A DNA stretch of 64,000 nucleotides from an uncultured Planctomycetaceae bacterium (GTDB taxonomy: Bacteria > Planctomycetota > Planctomycetia > Planctomycetales > Planctomycetaceae), in contig CAWFGE010000017.1 of NCBI GenBank assembly GCA_963815195.1, positions 288,001 to 352,000 on the forward strand, in the 5' to 3' direction. The notes beneath the pieces are model-generated. The model was not told where the DNA came from, did no database searches, and saw nothing but the letters and a program-made list of their open reading frames with translations. The position numbers and the translations under genes were made by a program. Below, one piece after another: positions 1-12,135 of the stretch (position 1 is the stretch's first letter; the number at the start of each line of letters is the position of its first letter).

Positions 1-2
1 AC

Positions 3-779
3 GATCCGCGGTATCTCGATTGGAGGCTGTACGCCCGCAGCGACCGCTATTACATCAAGCGGTTTGAGGATGAGACGAACCTCCGCTCTTGGCTGCTGGT
101 CGATCTGAGCCGATCCATGAGTTTCGGCACCTTGGGTTACGACAAGGCCGAGTACGCCAAAACCGCGGCCGCGACCTTGGCGTATTTTCTCACGCAGCAG
201 CGGGACGCAGTCGGCTTGTTGACCTTCGACGAAACCCTCACCGAATTCCTGCCCGCGCGGTATCGGCCCGGCCATCTGCACCGGCTGATGCTGGGCCTGG
301 AACGTTCCGTGGGCGGAAAGTCCACCAACCTCGAAACGCCGCTGGAGCGCATCGCCGCCGCGGTTTCGAAGCGGGGCTTGATCATCTTGATTTCCGACCT
401 GCTCGCGCCGGTGGAAACTTTGGAAAAGAACCTGGGTTATCTCCGCTCGCGCGGGCATGAAGTGCTCTTGATCCGCGTGCTCGACCCGGCGGAGTTGACG
501 TTCTCCTTTGCCGACCCGTCGATGTTTCGCGACGTGGAAACCGGCCGGCAACTTTATATCGATCCCGAAACCGCGCGGGAGAACTATCTGGAAAAATTCC
601 ACGGCCATCTGCGAATCATCAAGCGGACCTGCAACAACCTGGGGATCGAGTTCTCGCAGGTTTCCACCGACCAGCCGCTGGAAATGGTGCTGTTCGATTT
701 CCTCAGCGCGCGGATGCGGCGCGGCCCCGGCAGCACGACCCGGCGGAACAGCAACCCGGCCACGGGAGGTGTCCGATGA
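3..779 (+). CDS. DUF58 family protein (MoxR-associated, VWA-like), 5' truncated by window edge
   Basis: Frame open from position 3: DPRYLDWRLYARSDRYYIKRFEDETNL...LVDLSRSM, later IILISDL; typical DUF58 motifs. Confidence 0.9.
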   Translation, partial: DPRYLDWRLYARSDRYYIKRFEDETNLRSWLLVDLSRSMSFGTLGYDKAEYAKTAAATLAYFLTQQRDAVGLLTFDETLTEFLPARYRPGHLHRLMLGLERSVGGKSTNLETPLERIAAAVSKRGLIILISDLLAPVETLEKNLGYLRSRGHEVLLIRVLDPAELTFSFADPSMFRDVETGRQLYIDPETARENYLEKFHGHLRIIKRTCNNLGIEFSQVSTDQPLEMVLFDFLSARMRRGPGSTTRRNSNPATGGVR

Positions 780-2883
780 ATTGGTTGTTCGGCCTGTTTA
801 TGCTGGGATCGGCGGCGGTGGTGTTTCCGTTGATCTTCCACCTCATCCGCCAAACGCCCAAAGGCCGGCAGGAATTCAGTTCGCTGATGTTCCTCCAGCC
901 CACGCCGCCGCGGCTCACAAGGCGGAGCCGGCTGGATGACATTCTGCTGTTGATCCTCAGGGGCCTGGTAATTGTGTTATTGGCGCTCGGGTTTACGCGG
1001 CCGTTCTGGCGGGCGGCGGCGGATTTGTCTTTGAACGGCATCCGCGGGCGGCGGGTGGCGATTTTGGTCGATACGAGCGCCAGCATGCGGCGGGGGAACG
1101 CCTGGAACCAGGCCGTCCGCAAGGTCGATGAGGTGCTCAAATCCCTGGAACCCGCCGACGATGCGGCCCTGTTCACGTTCGACCGCGATCTCCAAACGGT
1201 GGTGGATTTCAACGACCCCGACAAAGAAGCCCCCAACGACAAGCCCGCCTTGATCCAGAGCCTCTTGAAAGACCGCGCCCCGACCTGGAACCAGACCGAC
1301 ATAGGCACGGCTCTCATCCGGGCGGCGGAGATTTTGGATGAAACGATCGACCGCGAAGAGTCCGACGATGCCCTGCAGATCATCGTCATCAGCGACATGC
1401 AGCGCGGGGCGGATTTGAAGGCGCTTCAGATCTACGAATGGCCGAAAGATGTGCGGGTGGAAATCCAAAAGGTCGCGCCAAAGGATGTTTCCAATGCGTC
1501 GCTGCAACTCTTGGCCGGGACCGAAGAGGAATCCGCCGAAGCCGAGCCGCGGGTCCGCGTGACGAATGGGGCCGAGTCTGCGGTCTATCAGTTTCTGGTG
1601 AGTTGGGTCGGCCAGAAGAACCGCCCGGGCGACGAAGCCGTGACTTTCTACGTGCCGCCCGGCCAGAGCCGCGTGTTGCCGGTGCCGCGGAGCGAAGTGG
1701 ATCTCGCCGCGGACCGGTTGGTGCTCACGGGTGATGGGGCGGAATTTGACAATCAATATTTCGTCGTGCCGGTCCGGCAGGAGGAATTCCGGCTGGCGTA
1801 CCTGGGCGATGAGGATCCCGCCGATGCGGAGGGTTTGCTGTTTTATCTCGATCAGGTTCTGGTGGAAACCGAGGAGCGGAAGGTCGTCGTCTCGCAGTTC
1901 CCGGCCGACAAAACCATGCCCCTCCTGGCCGATGAGCTTCCGCATCTCGTGGTGATTGCCCGGCCGGTGTCGGAAGCGGAACAAACGGCTTTGGACGGTT
2001 ACGTCGAAGCCGGCGGGCGTGTGTTGGTGATGTTGGCCGATGAAAAGCAGCTCGCGTCGCTCGGCGATTTGCTCTCCGGGGCGAAGCTCGATCCGATCCA
2101 GACCGCCTCCGCGAGCGAGTACCGCATGCTGGGGCAGATTGATTTCACGCATCCGCTATTCGTGCCGTTCGCGAGCCCCCGCTACAACGATTTCACCGGC
2201 ATCCGGTTTTGGAAACACCGCTCGGTCTCGCTACCCGAAGACACCAAGGCGAACGTCGTCGCCCGCTTCGACAACGGCAAGCCGGCACTCTGGGAACAGC
2301 CCCTAGGCCAAGGGCAAAGTCTATGTGCTTCGCCAGCGGCTGGCAGCCGGCGGAAAGCCAACTCGCGCTGTCCAACAAGTTCCTGCCGTTGGTGGAAGGG
2401 CTGCTCGAAGAATGCACGCCCCGGCGGCTCAAAGCGACTTCGTATCTCGTGGGGGAGACCGTGCCGCTGCCGAGCGCTTCCTCCGGCGACCGTCGGGTCG
2501 TCCTGCGGCCGGACGGCGGGGAGTTTCTCGTACCGAGCGATGCCGCGTCCTTTACCGGCACAATCGAACCCGGCATCTATCGGCTGAAAACCAATGGCAC
2601 CGAGCGGACCTTCGCGGTCAATTTGCCCCAAAGCGAAAGCGAAACCCAGCCGATGGAAGTGGAAAATCTCGAACAGCGGGGCGTCCGCCTGGGGACGCAG
2701 GCGACTCGCAGCGAAGAATACGAACGCCTCCGCCAGCTTCGCGACCGCGAATTGGAAAGCAAACAGAAGATGTGGAAATGGCTCGTCGCCTTCGCCCTGG
2801 TTGTGGTGGGGGCGGAAACCTGGCTCGCCGGTCGGCGGGCCGCGAAGTCTCCCGAAATCTCTGGAAGTGGAGAACCGGCATGA
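776..2883 (+). CDS. BatA-type N-terminal double-TM domain plus VWA protein; apparent frameshift near 2310-2330
   Basis: PLIFHLIR...FSSLMFL...LLLILR (BatA N-terminus), VDTSASM MIDAS motif, IISDMQ; continues in ORF 2209..2883 (FAVNLPQSES...MWKWLVAFALVVVGAETWLA). Confidence 0.85.
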
Positions 2884-5800
2884 TCGATCGGCAATTGGCC
2901 AAGTGTCTCGACCCCGTGGCCGCCCGCGTCCGCCAGTTTTGGATGGCGCTTGCGCTCGCCGCGGTCTGGTTTTCGGCGGCGGTGGCGGGGGGACTGTTGT
3001 TGTGGAAACCCGCCGAAGCCTGGCAGCCCCGCACGCTGGCTTGGGGGCTATTGCTCGGAGCCGTGGCCGTCGCCGTGATGTCCGCCTTTGACCGTTTGGC
3101 GTTTCGCGAAGAACTATTCCCGGCTGGCCCGGCGGATCGAAGCGGAATATCCCGACCTGGGCGCGAGCCTGATCACGGCCCTCGAACTCAAACCGGGTCA
3201 GGGCGGCAGCTACACCTACCTCCAGCAGGAAGTCCTCCGCAAGGCCTATCTCCACTCCTATCAAAAACGCTGGGACAAGGTGATGCCCCGGTCGCGATTG
3301 CTCACCGCCCGGCTGATGAATGGGCTGGGACTTCTCGCATTCGGGGCTGTGATTGTTGGGTTGTTTGCCGCGAAATCGTCCATGGCGACGACGCCGGACG
3401 GTCTGGCCTTCAATGATGTCAAAGTCATCGAAAACCCCAAGTATTCCATCACTGTCGAGCCCGGCACCACGGAAGTCGAGCGCGGCACAAGCTTGTTGGT
3501 GATGGCCCGCTTCACGGGGACCTTGCCGCCCAATGCCACGCTGGTCTATCAAACGAAAAGCGGCGAAGATCGGCAGTTGGCGATGTCCAAGAGCCTTCGC
3601 GACCCCGTGTTCGGCGGCCGGATTGTCGCCGTCGAAGAGCCTTTGACCTATCACGTCGAATTCGCCGAGCAAAAGTCCGACACGTTTCAAGTCACCGTGT
3701 TTGAGTACCCGCGCTTGAAGCAAGCCGACGCCCGCTTGGAATATCCGAGCTATACGAATCTCGAAGAAAAACTGATCCAGGATGTCCGGCGGATTTCCGT
3801 GGTGGAAGGCACGAAGGTCACGCTGCTGTGCCGGCTGAACAAAGCCGTGGCCGAGGCCCGCCTGGTGGAAGAGAAGGCGGAAAACGGGCAGGACCTCAAA
3901 CTCGCCGCCGAGGCCGCGGAGCCTCTCGTGTATCAGGTCACATTTCGCGGTGGACCGTTCCCGCCGCTTAAAACTCCATCTGAAAGATGCCGACGGCCGG
4001 GCGAATCAGCATCCGCCGGAGTTTGTGATCAACGCCCTGCCCAACCGCCCGCCGGATTTGAAGCTGGCGTTTCCGTCGCGCGACGTGCAGGTGTCGCCGG
4101 TGGAAGAGTTGGACGTAAAAGCCACGGCGTGGGACGATTACGGCCTCGCCCGCACGGGGCTTTCCTTCTCAACCGCGGGCCAGCCGATTCAGGATGTGGT
4201 CCTCGGCCAGAACCAGCCCGCCAAGGAGCGCGTGTCTCTTGAGCACCTCTTGTCGTTCGAGGCGATGAGCGCGAAGCCCGACGAGCTGGTGTCCTATTTC
4301 TTCTGGGCGGAGGACATCGGCCCCGACGGCGAAGTCCGCCGCACTTCGAGCGACATGTATTTCGCGGAAGTCCGGCATTTCGAGGAAATCTTCCGCCAAG
4401 GCCAGCAGCCGACCGAAGAGCAAATGCGGCAGCAACGCCAACAGCAACAACAACAAGGGCAGCAAGGCAGCCAGAACGCCCAGGAGGCCGAACGGCTCGC
4501 GGAACTGCAAAAGCAGATCATCAACGGCACCTGGAAAGTCATCCGCCGCGAAACCCGCGACGAGCCAACGGACAAATTCAAGGAAGATGTGCAGCTCCTG
4601 TTGGAATCGCAGTTGTCCGCCTTGGAGCAGACGACGGCGCTCGAGGAGAAATTGCAGGATGAAGAATCGCTCGCCCACGTCGATCAAGTCCGGCAGCACA
4701 TGCAGGAAGCGATCGTCACGTTGCAAAAAGCCGTCGAAGGGCCGGAGATCAAGGCGCTTCAGCCCGCGCTCGGAGCGGAGCAGTCGGCTTATCAATCCCT
4801 GCTCAAACTCAGGGCCCGGGAACACGAAGTCGTCCGCTCGAACCAGCGCCAGCAACAACAGAGCCAGAGCCAAAGCCAGAGCCCCGGCAAAGTGCGAACA
4901 GCCGCGCCCAACAGCAGCTTCAACAACTCCAACTTCGCGAAGATGAGAACCGCTACGAAACAGAGCACAAGCCCAAGCTCAGGACCAGCAGTCCGCCCAA
5001 CAACAAGAGCAGCGCGAAGACCGCCAGGTGCTGAACCGATTGCGGGAATTGTCGCAGCGGCAAAACGACTTGAATGAGCGGATCAAGGAGCTTCAATCCG
5101 CCTTGGAAGAAGCCAAGTCCCAAGCCGAGCGCGAGGAAATCGAACGCCGCTTGAAACGGCTCCAGGAGGAGCAGCAGCAAATCCTGCGGGACACGGAGGA
5201 ACTCCAACAGCGGATGGAGCAGCCCGAAAACCAGGAGCGGATGGCCGACCAAAGGCAGCAGCTGCAACAAGCCCGCGAGAGCGCCCGGCAATCGTCCCAG
5301 GCTCTGAAGGAAGGGCAGGTCTCGCGCGCGGCCGCGGAAGGCACGCGGGCGGAACGCGAATTTCGCGAACTGCAAAACGAATTTCAACGCCGGACTTCGG
5401 GGCAGTTCACCGAGGAAATGCGGCAGATGCAAAAGCAAGCCCGCGAACTCGAGCAGAAAGAACAAGAACTCGCGGAGCAATTAAAAGAATCCGACCGGCC
5501 GAAAGAAGCGCCTTCGCTCCGCGAGAAGGATCCGCAAAAAGACGTGGCGGAGCAAATCCAGGATCAGCGCGGGCGAGTGGACAATCTGCTCGACCGCATG
5601 CGGCAGACCGTCGAGGAGGCGGAACAAGCCGAGCCGCTGTTGGCCGAGCAGCTTTACGACACGATCCGAAACACCCGCCGGCAGGACCCGCAGCAAGCTC
5701 TCGAAAACACCCAGCGGTCCTTGAATCGCGGTCTGATTGACGATGCGAAGACTCAAGAACGCCAGGCGAGCGAAGGCATCACCCAGCTTCGCCAAGGCGT

Positions 5801-6983
5801 GGACAAGGCCGCCGAGAGCGTCCTGGGCGATGAAACCGAAACCCTCCGCCGGGCTCAGGAAGAATTACAGCGGCTGAACCGCGAACTCGGCGAGGAAATC
5901 GCCCGCAATCAACCCAACGGCGAACAACAGCAACCGGGTCAGCAACAACCCAACGGCCAACAGCAACCGGGTCAGCAACAACCGAACGGCCAAAGACAGC
6001 CCGGCCAACAGCAGCCCAACGGCCAACAGCAACCGGGTCAACAACAACCGAACGGTCAACAACAACCGAACGGTCAACGTCAGCCGGGTCAGCAACCACA
6101 GCCAACGGCCAACAACAGCCTGGCCAACAACCGAACGGTCAACGTCAACCAGGTCAGCAACAACAGCCCGGCCAGCAACCGAACGGCCAACGTCAACCAG
6201 GTCAGCAACAACAGCCCGGCCAGCAACCGAACGGGCAACAACCGAACGGCCAACGTCAGCCGGGTCAGCAACAACAGCCCGGCCAACAACCGAACGGCCA
6301 ACGTCAACCGGGTCAGCAACAACAGCCCGGCCAACAACCGAACGGCCAACGTCAACCGGGTCAGCAACAACAGCCCGGCCAACAACCGAACGGCCAACGT
6401 CAACCAGGTCAGCAACAACAGCCCGGCCAACAACCGAACGGCCAACGTCAACCGGGTCAGCAACAACAGCCCGGCCAACAACGAACGGCAACAACCGAAC
6501 GGCCAACGTCAACCAGGTCAGCAACAACAGCCGAACGGCCAACGCCAACCGGGGCAGCGGCAGCAGCGGGGCGGGGATGATCGCAATCTCGGTCCCGGCG
6601 GCGGACTCGATCAATTCCTCGACAGCCGGGAAACTCGGCGTGCCGCTCCGCTTGCGGGCGATGATTTTCTGGAATGGTCCGACCGCTTGCGGGACGTGGA
6701 AGAGATGCTGTCCGATCCGAAGCTCCGGGCCGAGGCTTCGCGGATCCGCGACCGGGCGAAGGCGATTCGCAAGGATGTCAAACGGCACTCCAAGCCGCCC
6801 AACTGGGACCTGGTCCGCGATATGGTTTCGGAGCCTTTGATGGAACTCCAAAACAAAGTCGCCTCGGAACTCTTAAGGCGGACATCGAAAGATGCTTTGG
6901 TGCCGATCGACCGCGATCCGGTGCCGCCGAAGTATGAAGCCCGCGTGCAAAAATACTACGAACGATTGGGGGCCGGCAAGTGA
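2880..6983 (+). CDS. Large membrane-anchored Ig-like/coiled-coil protein (DUF4175-like) with Gln/Pro/Gly repeat; several apparent frameshifts (~3088, ~3950, ~4885, ~4970, ~6100, ~6480)
   Basis: ATG 2880 overlaps upstream stop; N-terminal TMs, ARRIEAEYPDLGASLITALE, ATAWDDYGL, SDMYFAEVRHFEEIFR, long Q/E coiled coil, C-terminal VPPKYEARVQKYYERL; reconstructed from ORFs 3088, 3950 and 5028. Confidence 0.8.
5910..6560 (+). repeat. Coding tandem repeat, core unit 48 bp (PGQQPNGQRQPGQQQQ)
   Basis: ccggccaacaaccgaacggccaacgtcaaccgggtcagcaacaacagc recurs at 48-bp spacing (e.g. 6279, 6327), with shorter variants upstream. Confidence 0.95.
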
Positions 6984-9340
6984 GCGACGCATTGAGGTCT
7001 CTGTGGCCCAACAACTGGGCCGCCCCGGAATGGGCGTGGCCCGGATTGATTCTGGGCGCGGTGCTGACGGGGCTGATCGTCTGGTCGTGGACGCGTTCCC
7101 GCGTGTCGACCTCCGTGGGAGTTTTCGGGGCGGCGATCAAGATCCTGGCGGTTGTGGTCTTGGTGCTGATTCTCCTGGAACCCATGCGGAGCGAAACCCG
7201 GCCGGAGCCGGGGGCGAATTTGTTCCTCGTCATGGCCGACGACAGCCAAAGTCTGGGCATCCGCGATCCGGGCGAAGACAAATTCCGAAGCGAAAAGCTG
7301 AAAGATCTCCTGGACCGCAATGCCCCCTGGCAGGTCCGGCTGAGCCAGGATTTCGACGCCCGCCGGTATGTGTTCGATCGGCGGGTCCAAGCCGTTCCCG
7401 ATTTTTCCGGCCTGACCGGCGCCGGCGAAAGCTCCTCGCTTTTTAACTCGCTCGCCGTCGTCACCCGCCGGTATGAAGGGCGGGCGAATGCGGGGATTCT
7501 GCTCTTCACCGACGGCAATGCGACCGATGTGAGCGAGGCGTTTCCCTTTGGTGCGAAGCTGCCGCCGATTTATCCCGTCGTCTTAGGCCGGGACGATACG
7601 AAGAAAGACATCAGCGTCACGCGGGTCTCGGCCCGGCAGACAAACTTCGAAGCCGCCCCGGTGAGCATCTCCGCCGAGATCGTTTCCCACGGATACGAAG
7701 GCCAGACCATCGTGGTCCAATTGCTCGACGAGAAAGACGAGATGCTCGAAGAGCAAAAGGTCCGCGAAGTGGCGGACGATCATCCGTTTGCCCTCCAGTT
7801 CCAGGCGAAGGCCAATTCGCGGGGCATCCACTTTTACAAGCTGCGGGCCTTTGCGCAGGGTCAGGGCGAGCAGTTCAAAAAGCCCGAAACCTCCGAAGAA
7901 GCCACGCTCGCCAACAACGACCGCTACGTGATGGTCGATCGCGCGGGCGGGCCTTATCGCGTGTTGTATGTGACCGGCCGGCCGAACTGGGAGTTCAAAT
8001 TCTTGAGGCGGGCGATCACCGATGACAACGAAGTGGACCTCGTGGGCCTCGTGCGGATCGCCAAGCGCGAGCCGAAGTTCACGTTCCGCAAGCGCGACGA
8101 CGATGCGAACCCGCTGTTTCGAGGCTTCGGAGCGGACGCCGAAGAGGCCGAGCAATACGATGAGCCCGTGCTGATCCGCCTGGGCACGAAGGACGAGGAA
8201 GAGCTGCGGGACGGCTTCCCCAAAGCGGCCGAGGACATGTTCCGCTATCACGCGTTGATCCTCGACGATGTCGAAGCCGACTTCTTCACGCAGGACCAGA
8301 AATCGCTGATCCAGCAGTTCGTCAGCCAGCGCGGCGGCGGGTTTTTGATGCTTGGCGGGCAGGAATCGTTCCACAAAGGCGGCTTCGCCCGCACGCCCAT
8401 CGGCGAGCTTTTGCCGGTTTATGCCGACAGCCAGCTCGGCGAACCGCCCGCGGACGATTACAAGCTCGTCCTCACCCGCGAAGGCTGGCTCGAACCTTGG
8501 GTTCGCAGCCGCCAGACCGAGACGGAAGAAAAACGCCGGCTGGCGGAGATGCCCGGTTTTCAAACCGTCAACCGCGTGGCGGCCATCAAGCCGGGGGCCA
8601 GGGTCCTTTCGCAGGTGCAATCGCCTGACGGGCAGCTTCATCCCGCTTTGGTCGTCCAGCACTTCGGCAATGGCCGATCCGCGGCGCTGTTGATCGGCGA
8701 TTTCTGGCGCTGGCATCTTCGGCGAAAGACCAAAGAGAATGAGGACCTCCTCAAATCCTGGCGGCAGACGCTCCGCTGGCTGGTGGCGGATGTGCCCGAG
8801 CGGATCGAGGCGACCGTCCAACGCAAACTCGACGAGCCGAGCCAACCCGTCGAACTCTTGATCAAGGTCCACGACGAGCAATACCGGCCGCTCGACAATG
8901 CGAACGTGATCGTGAAGATTTCCGCCCCAGGGGGGAAGGAAATCACCCTCACCGCCGAGCCGACCGAGACCACGGGGGAATACCTCGTGACTTACGTGCC
9001 GAGATCGCCCGGCGTCTATCGCGCGAAGATCACCGCGACCGCGGCCGATGCGAGCGAGGTCGGCCAGCGCGAAGCCGGCTGGGTCGCCGAGCCCGCGACC
9101 GAAGAGTTCCGCACCTTAAAACCCAACCGGGAACTTTTGGAACGCCTGGCCCGCGAAACGGGAGGCGAAGTGATCGAACCGGATGATCTGGAAGATTTCG
9201 TCGCCAGCCTGCCCAACCGCAAAGTGCCCGTGACGCAGCAGCGAATCAACCCCATCTGGCACACGTGGCCGGTGTTTCTGTGTGCTTTGGGGCTGTTGGT
9301 CACGGAATGGGGGCTCAGGCGGGTCAAAGGGCTGCCCTGA
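6980..9340 (+). CDS. Membrane protein with VWA-like and class I glutamine amidotransferase-like domains
   Basis: N-terminal TMs, DDSQSL, LLFTDG, RVLYVTGRPNWEFKFLRR, RGGGFLMLGGQESF, C-terminal EWGLRRVKGLP; GTG overlaps upstream stop. Confidence 0.85.
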   Translation: MSDALRSLWPNNWAAPEWAWPGLILGAVLTGLIVWSWTRSRVSTSVGVFGAAIKILAVVVLVLILLEPMRSETRPEPGANLFLVMADDSQSLGIRDPGEDKFRSEKLKDLLDRNAPWQVRLSQDFDARRYVFDRRVQAVPDFSGLTGAGESSSLFNSLAVVTRRYEGRANAGILLFTDGNATDVSEAFPFGAKLPPIYPVVLGRDDTKKDISVTRVSARQTNFEAAPVSISAEIVSHGYEGQTIVVQLLDEKDEMLEEQKVREVADDHPFALQFQAKANSRGIHFYKLRAFAQGQGEQFKKPETSEEATLANNDRYVMVDRAGGPYRVLYVTGRPNWEFKFLRRAITDDNEVDLVGLVRIAKREPKFTFRKRDDDANPLFRGFGADAEEAEQYDEPVLIRLGTKDEEELRDGFPKAAEDMFRYHALILDDVEADFFTQDQKSLIQQFVSQRGGGFLMLGGQESFHKGGFARTPIGELLPVYADSQLGEPPADDYKLVLTREGWLEPWVRSRQTETEEKRRLAEMPGFQTVNRVAAIKPGARVLSQVQSPDGQLHPALVVQHFGNGRSAALLIGDFWRWHLRRKTKENEDLLKSWRQTLRWLVADVPERIEATVQRKLDEPSQPVELLIKVHDEQYRPLDNANVIVKISAPGGKEITLTAEPTETTGEYLVTYVPRSPGVYRAKITATAADASEVGQREAGWVAEPATEEFRTLKPNRELLERLARETGGEVIEPDDLEDFVASLPNRKVPVTQQRINPIWHTWPVFLCALGLLVTEWGLRRVKGLP

Positions 9341-9418
9341 TGGCCTGGAGTGCCACTGGCTCCGTCCACTGCGGTGGGCCAAGCCGGTGACACACGATTT
9401 TTCTGAAACACCTATGGA

Positions 9419-11012
9419 TCACCGCGGCGCCGATTGCAGCTTCGCCAACACGCGGCGGGACTCTTTGACGATCGGTTCCAGAGGGCATTCGGCGGCGAGC
9501 AATTGCAGAATCGAACGGGCGGCGGGCGTGTTCGCATCTTCGGCGAGTTGGATCAGGCGGTGCATGCGGAGGATGTCCGCCGAGGAAAACCGCGAGACGT
9601 TGTCCGAGCCGTTGAGAACATACCGCAGCCGGGCCCGAACCTCCGCCGACTTGGTCTCTTTCATGACCTTGAGGAGCAGCGGCTGGGCGGCTTGCCTGAA
9701 GTTTGCGCAGTTCCCGCGTCGCCCGCTGGCGCACAATGGAATCGTCATCGTCCAGATCCTTGAGCAGCTTGTCAATGCGGTTGTTTTTGGACGGGATCAA
9801 CAGGCCTTCCATCCGCCGCTGGAGAAACGGAAAGCTCTGCTCCTCCTCGGCGGCGAAGATGCCCATCGCCCGGTAAGCCTGTGACGGAGCGGCGGACGAC
9901 AAATCGCCCCAGAAGTTGTTGAGCGAATCGTCGTCGAGCTTGGGCCGTTCCAACTGGGACACGAGGGAACCGGTCGTGTTCCAGAGAAGCGCGGTGCGGT
10001 CGGTGCTGCCGGAGACGAGCCGGGGCGATTGCTCTGCGAAGCTGAGCACCGTGACAACGCCCTGATGCGCCGCGTGCCGATGGACTTCTTTTCCGGTGGC
10101 GAGTTCCCAGGTGCGGATGGTCTTATCGATGCCGCCGCTGGCGAGGAACCGTCCGTCCGGAGAGAATGCGATCGCGAACACTCGGCCTTTGTGTCCGGCC
10201 AGTTCGTGCACCAACCGGCCGGTGAGGACTTCCCAAATCTTGATCGTCGCCCCGTGGTCGAGGGCTGCAATCGTCCGGCCGTCCGGGGAGAATCTCGCCA
10301 GCCGCGGTGCGCCGTCGCAGCCTTCGAGCTTGAGGAGTTCGCGGTCGGTGTTGACGTCGTACAGCCTTAGCAGCGTGTCCCGTTCGTAAGAGATGCCCAA
10401 AGCCCGGCGGCCGTCTTGCGAAATGTCCAAGGGAATATTCGGCCCCAGAAATCGGCGGACCTCCTGGCCGCTGTCGGTGCCGTAAACCAAAAGCTTGTCG
10501 CGATCCACGAGCCAGAAGGTGCTGCCCCCATCGGCAAACCGCACAAAATCGCCGCCGCCGGGAATGACGTGCCGGGAATTCCCCGTGGCGAGGTCCCAAA
10601 CCCGCGTGATTCCCGCGCCTTCTCCGACATCGAAACTGCTGCTGACGAGCGTTTTGCCGTCGGGGGAGATCGCGATCGCGCGGATCGGCCATTCGTGTCC
10701 TTCGAGGCTCCGAAGCGGCTTTCCGCTCTGGGCGTCCCAAATCTGAATCAGCCGGCTCTCCTTGGGATTGGCCGGCTCTCCGTAGGTCGCGAGGATTTTC
10801 CCGTCGTCCGAGACCGCCGCCCCCCGCAGACTGTCCGGCCGGGCAAAACCCTGGGGGATGTTTTCTTTTTCCCGATTCGTCCCCATGCGGGCGACGGCTT
10901 CTGGGGGCAAGGGATCGCCTAAGAGATCTTTCCCGTCTTCCGCCCGGGCAAGGCCGCTGGCGAACAGCAGGACTTGGCCGATGAAAAAGATCCGTCCGGT
11001 ATGCATCCGCAT
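9419..11012 (-). CDS. Exported WD40-repeat protein with C-terminal HEAT-like helices; apparent frameshift near 9700
   Basis: Signal peptide, DLLGDPLPPEAVARMG, repeated GH...FSPDG...IWE/VWD units; tail continues in ORF 9419..9775. Confidence 0.85.
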
Positions 11013-11139
11013 CAGATTCCCCTTGGGTTCGCTCGTCGCCAACGGTGAGACGCCAAACTCCCGCCAAAAGTTCCAGAAAAATCGGGAACCGGTGGCGCGT
11101 TGCTGAGCGCAGCGAAGGGCGCGGCGGCCGCACAGTCCG

Positions 11140-12027
11140 TTATCCCAATTCTATCAAATCCTGAGGAATCCTCGGCGTCGCTCCGGGTTGGGTGCAGACG
11201 TAAGCCGCGATCCGGCAGGCCCGCTCGTTGATGGCGTCGAGTTCCCAATCCTCAAACAGCCCCATAAGCAAAGCGGCAGTGAAGGCGTCCCCCGCGCCCA
11301 CTGTATCCACCACCTGGACGGGCCGGCCCTTAAACTCGCTCGTCTCGCCGCCCCGGCACAGCACCGCCCCGCGATCTCCGCGCGTCAGGGCGACCACTTT
11401 GAGATCAAACTTCAGAGCAAGTTGGCGAAGCAGTTCGACTTCACCGTCCCCAGCCAATTGGCAAAGCTTCGCCAGGAGGGGCAGCTCGTCTTCGTTGAGC
11501 TTGAGCACGTTGGCGATCTTGAGGGACTCCCAAATAACGTCCGCGGTGTAAAACGGCGGGCGGAGGTTGATGTCGAAAACCTTGAGAGCCGTCTCGGGGG
11601 CCATTTGCACGAACCGCCGGATCGTCTGCCGGGAGAGCTCGCTCCGCTGACCCAGCGTGCCGAAGCACGCCGCCTCGGTTTGGGCAGCAAGCATCGCCAA
11701 CGGTGGGAGCCATTCCAGATGATCCCACGCGGTGTCGCTGGCAAACTCGTAAGTCGCCTTGCCCGCGGCGTCCAACTCGACCCGCACGACTCCCGTCGGA
11801 TAATCCGTCTCCAGAACACAATCGATGCCGACGCCTTTTTCCCCAAGGGCGGCGAGGGCCTTGGCTCCCAGTTCATCCCGGCCCACGGCACTCGCCATGC
11901 GGGCGTCCGCTCCCAACTGGGCGGCATGACACGCCACGTTCGCCGGCGCCCCGCCGAACCGCGCCCCGTCGGGAAACACATCCCACAAGATTTCCCCCAA
12001 ACCCACAACAATCCACTTCGGCTGCAT
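11140..12027 (-). CDS. PfkB family carbohydrate kinase (fructokinase-like)
   Basis: GLGEILWD, GGAPANVA, DINLRPP, KLNEDEL, DTVGAGDAF. Confidence 0.93.
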   Translation of the reverse strand: MQPKWIVVGLGEILWDVFPDGARFGGAPANVACHAAQLGADARMASAVGRDELGAKALAALGEKGVGIDCVLETDYPTGVVRVELDAAGKATYEFASDTAWDHLEWLPPLAMLAAQTEAACFGTLGQRSELSRQTIRRFVQMAPETALKVFDINLRPPFYTADVIWESLKIANVLKLNEDELPLLAKLCQLAGDGEVELLRQLALKFDLKVVALTRGDRGAVLCRGGETSEFKGRPVQVVDTVGAGDAFTAALLMGLFEDWELDAINERACRIAAYVCTQPGATPRIPQDLIELG

Positions 12028-12135
12028 AGTCGCTCCCTTCCCGCGATGAAATTGGCATCCCGTCTTCTTGCAGTATCTTCGCGAGAGCGGCAATTGCAAA
12101 CGAGTCGCCGGCGGCCGATGCGGGAGCAGGACTAT

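Noticed and set aside
6100..6480. Asn-rich NNSPANNRTANVN repeat and the antisense Leu-rich ORF
   Set aside because: Alternative frames of the 48-bp repeat; the flanks support the Gln/Pro/Gly frame
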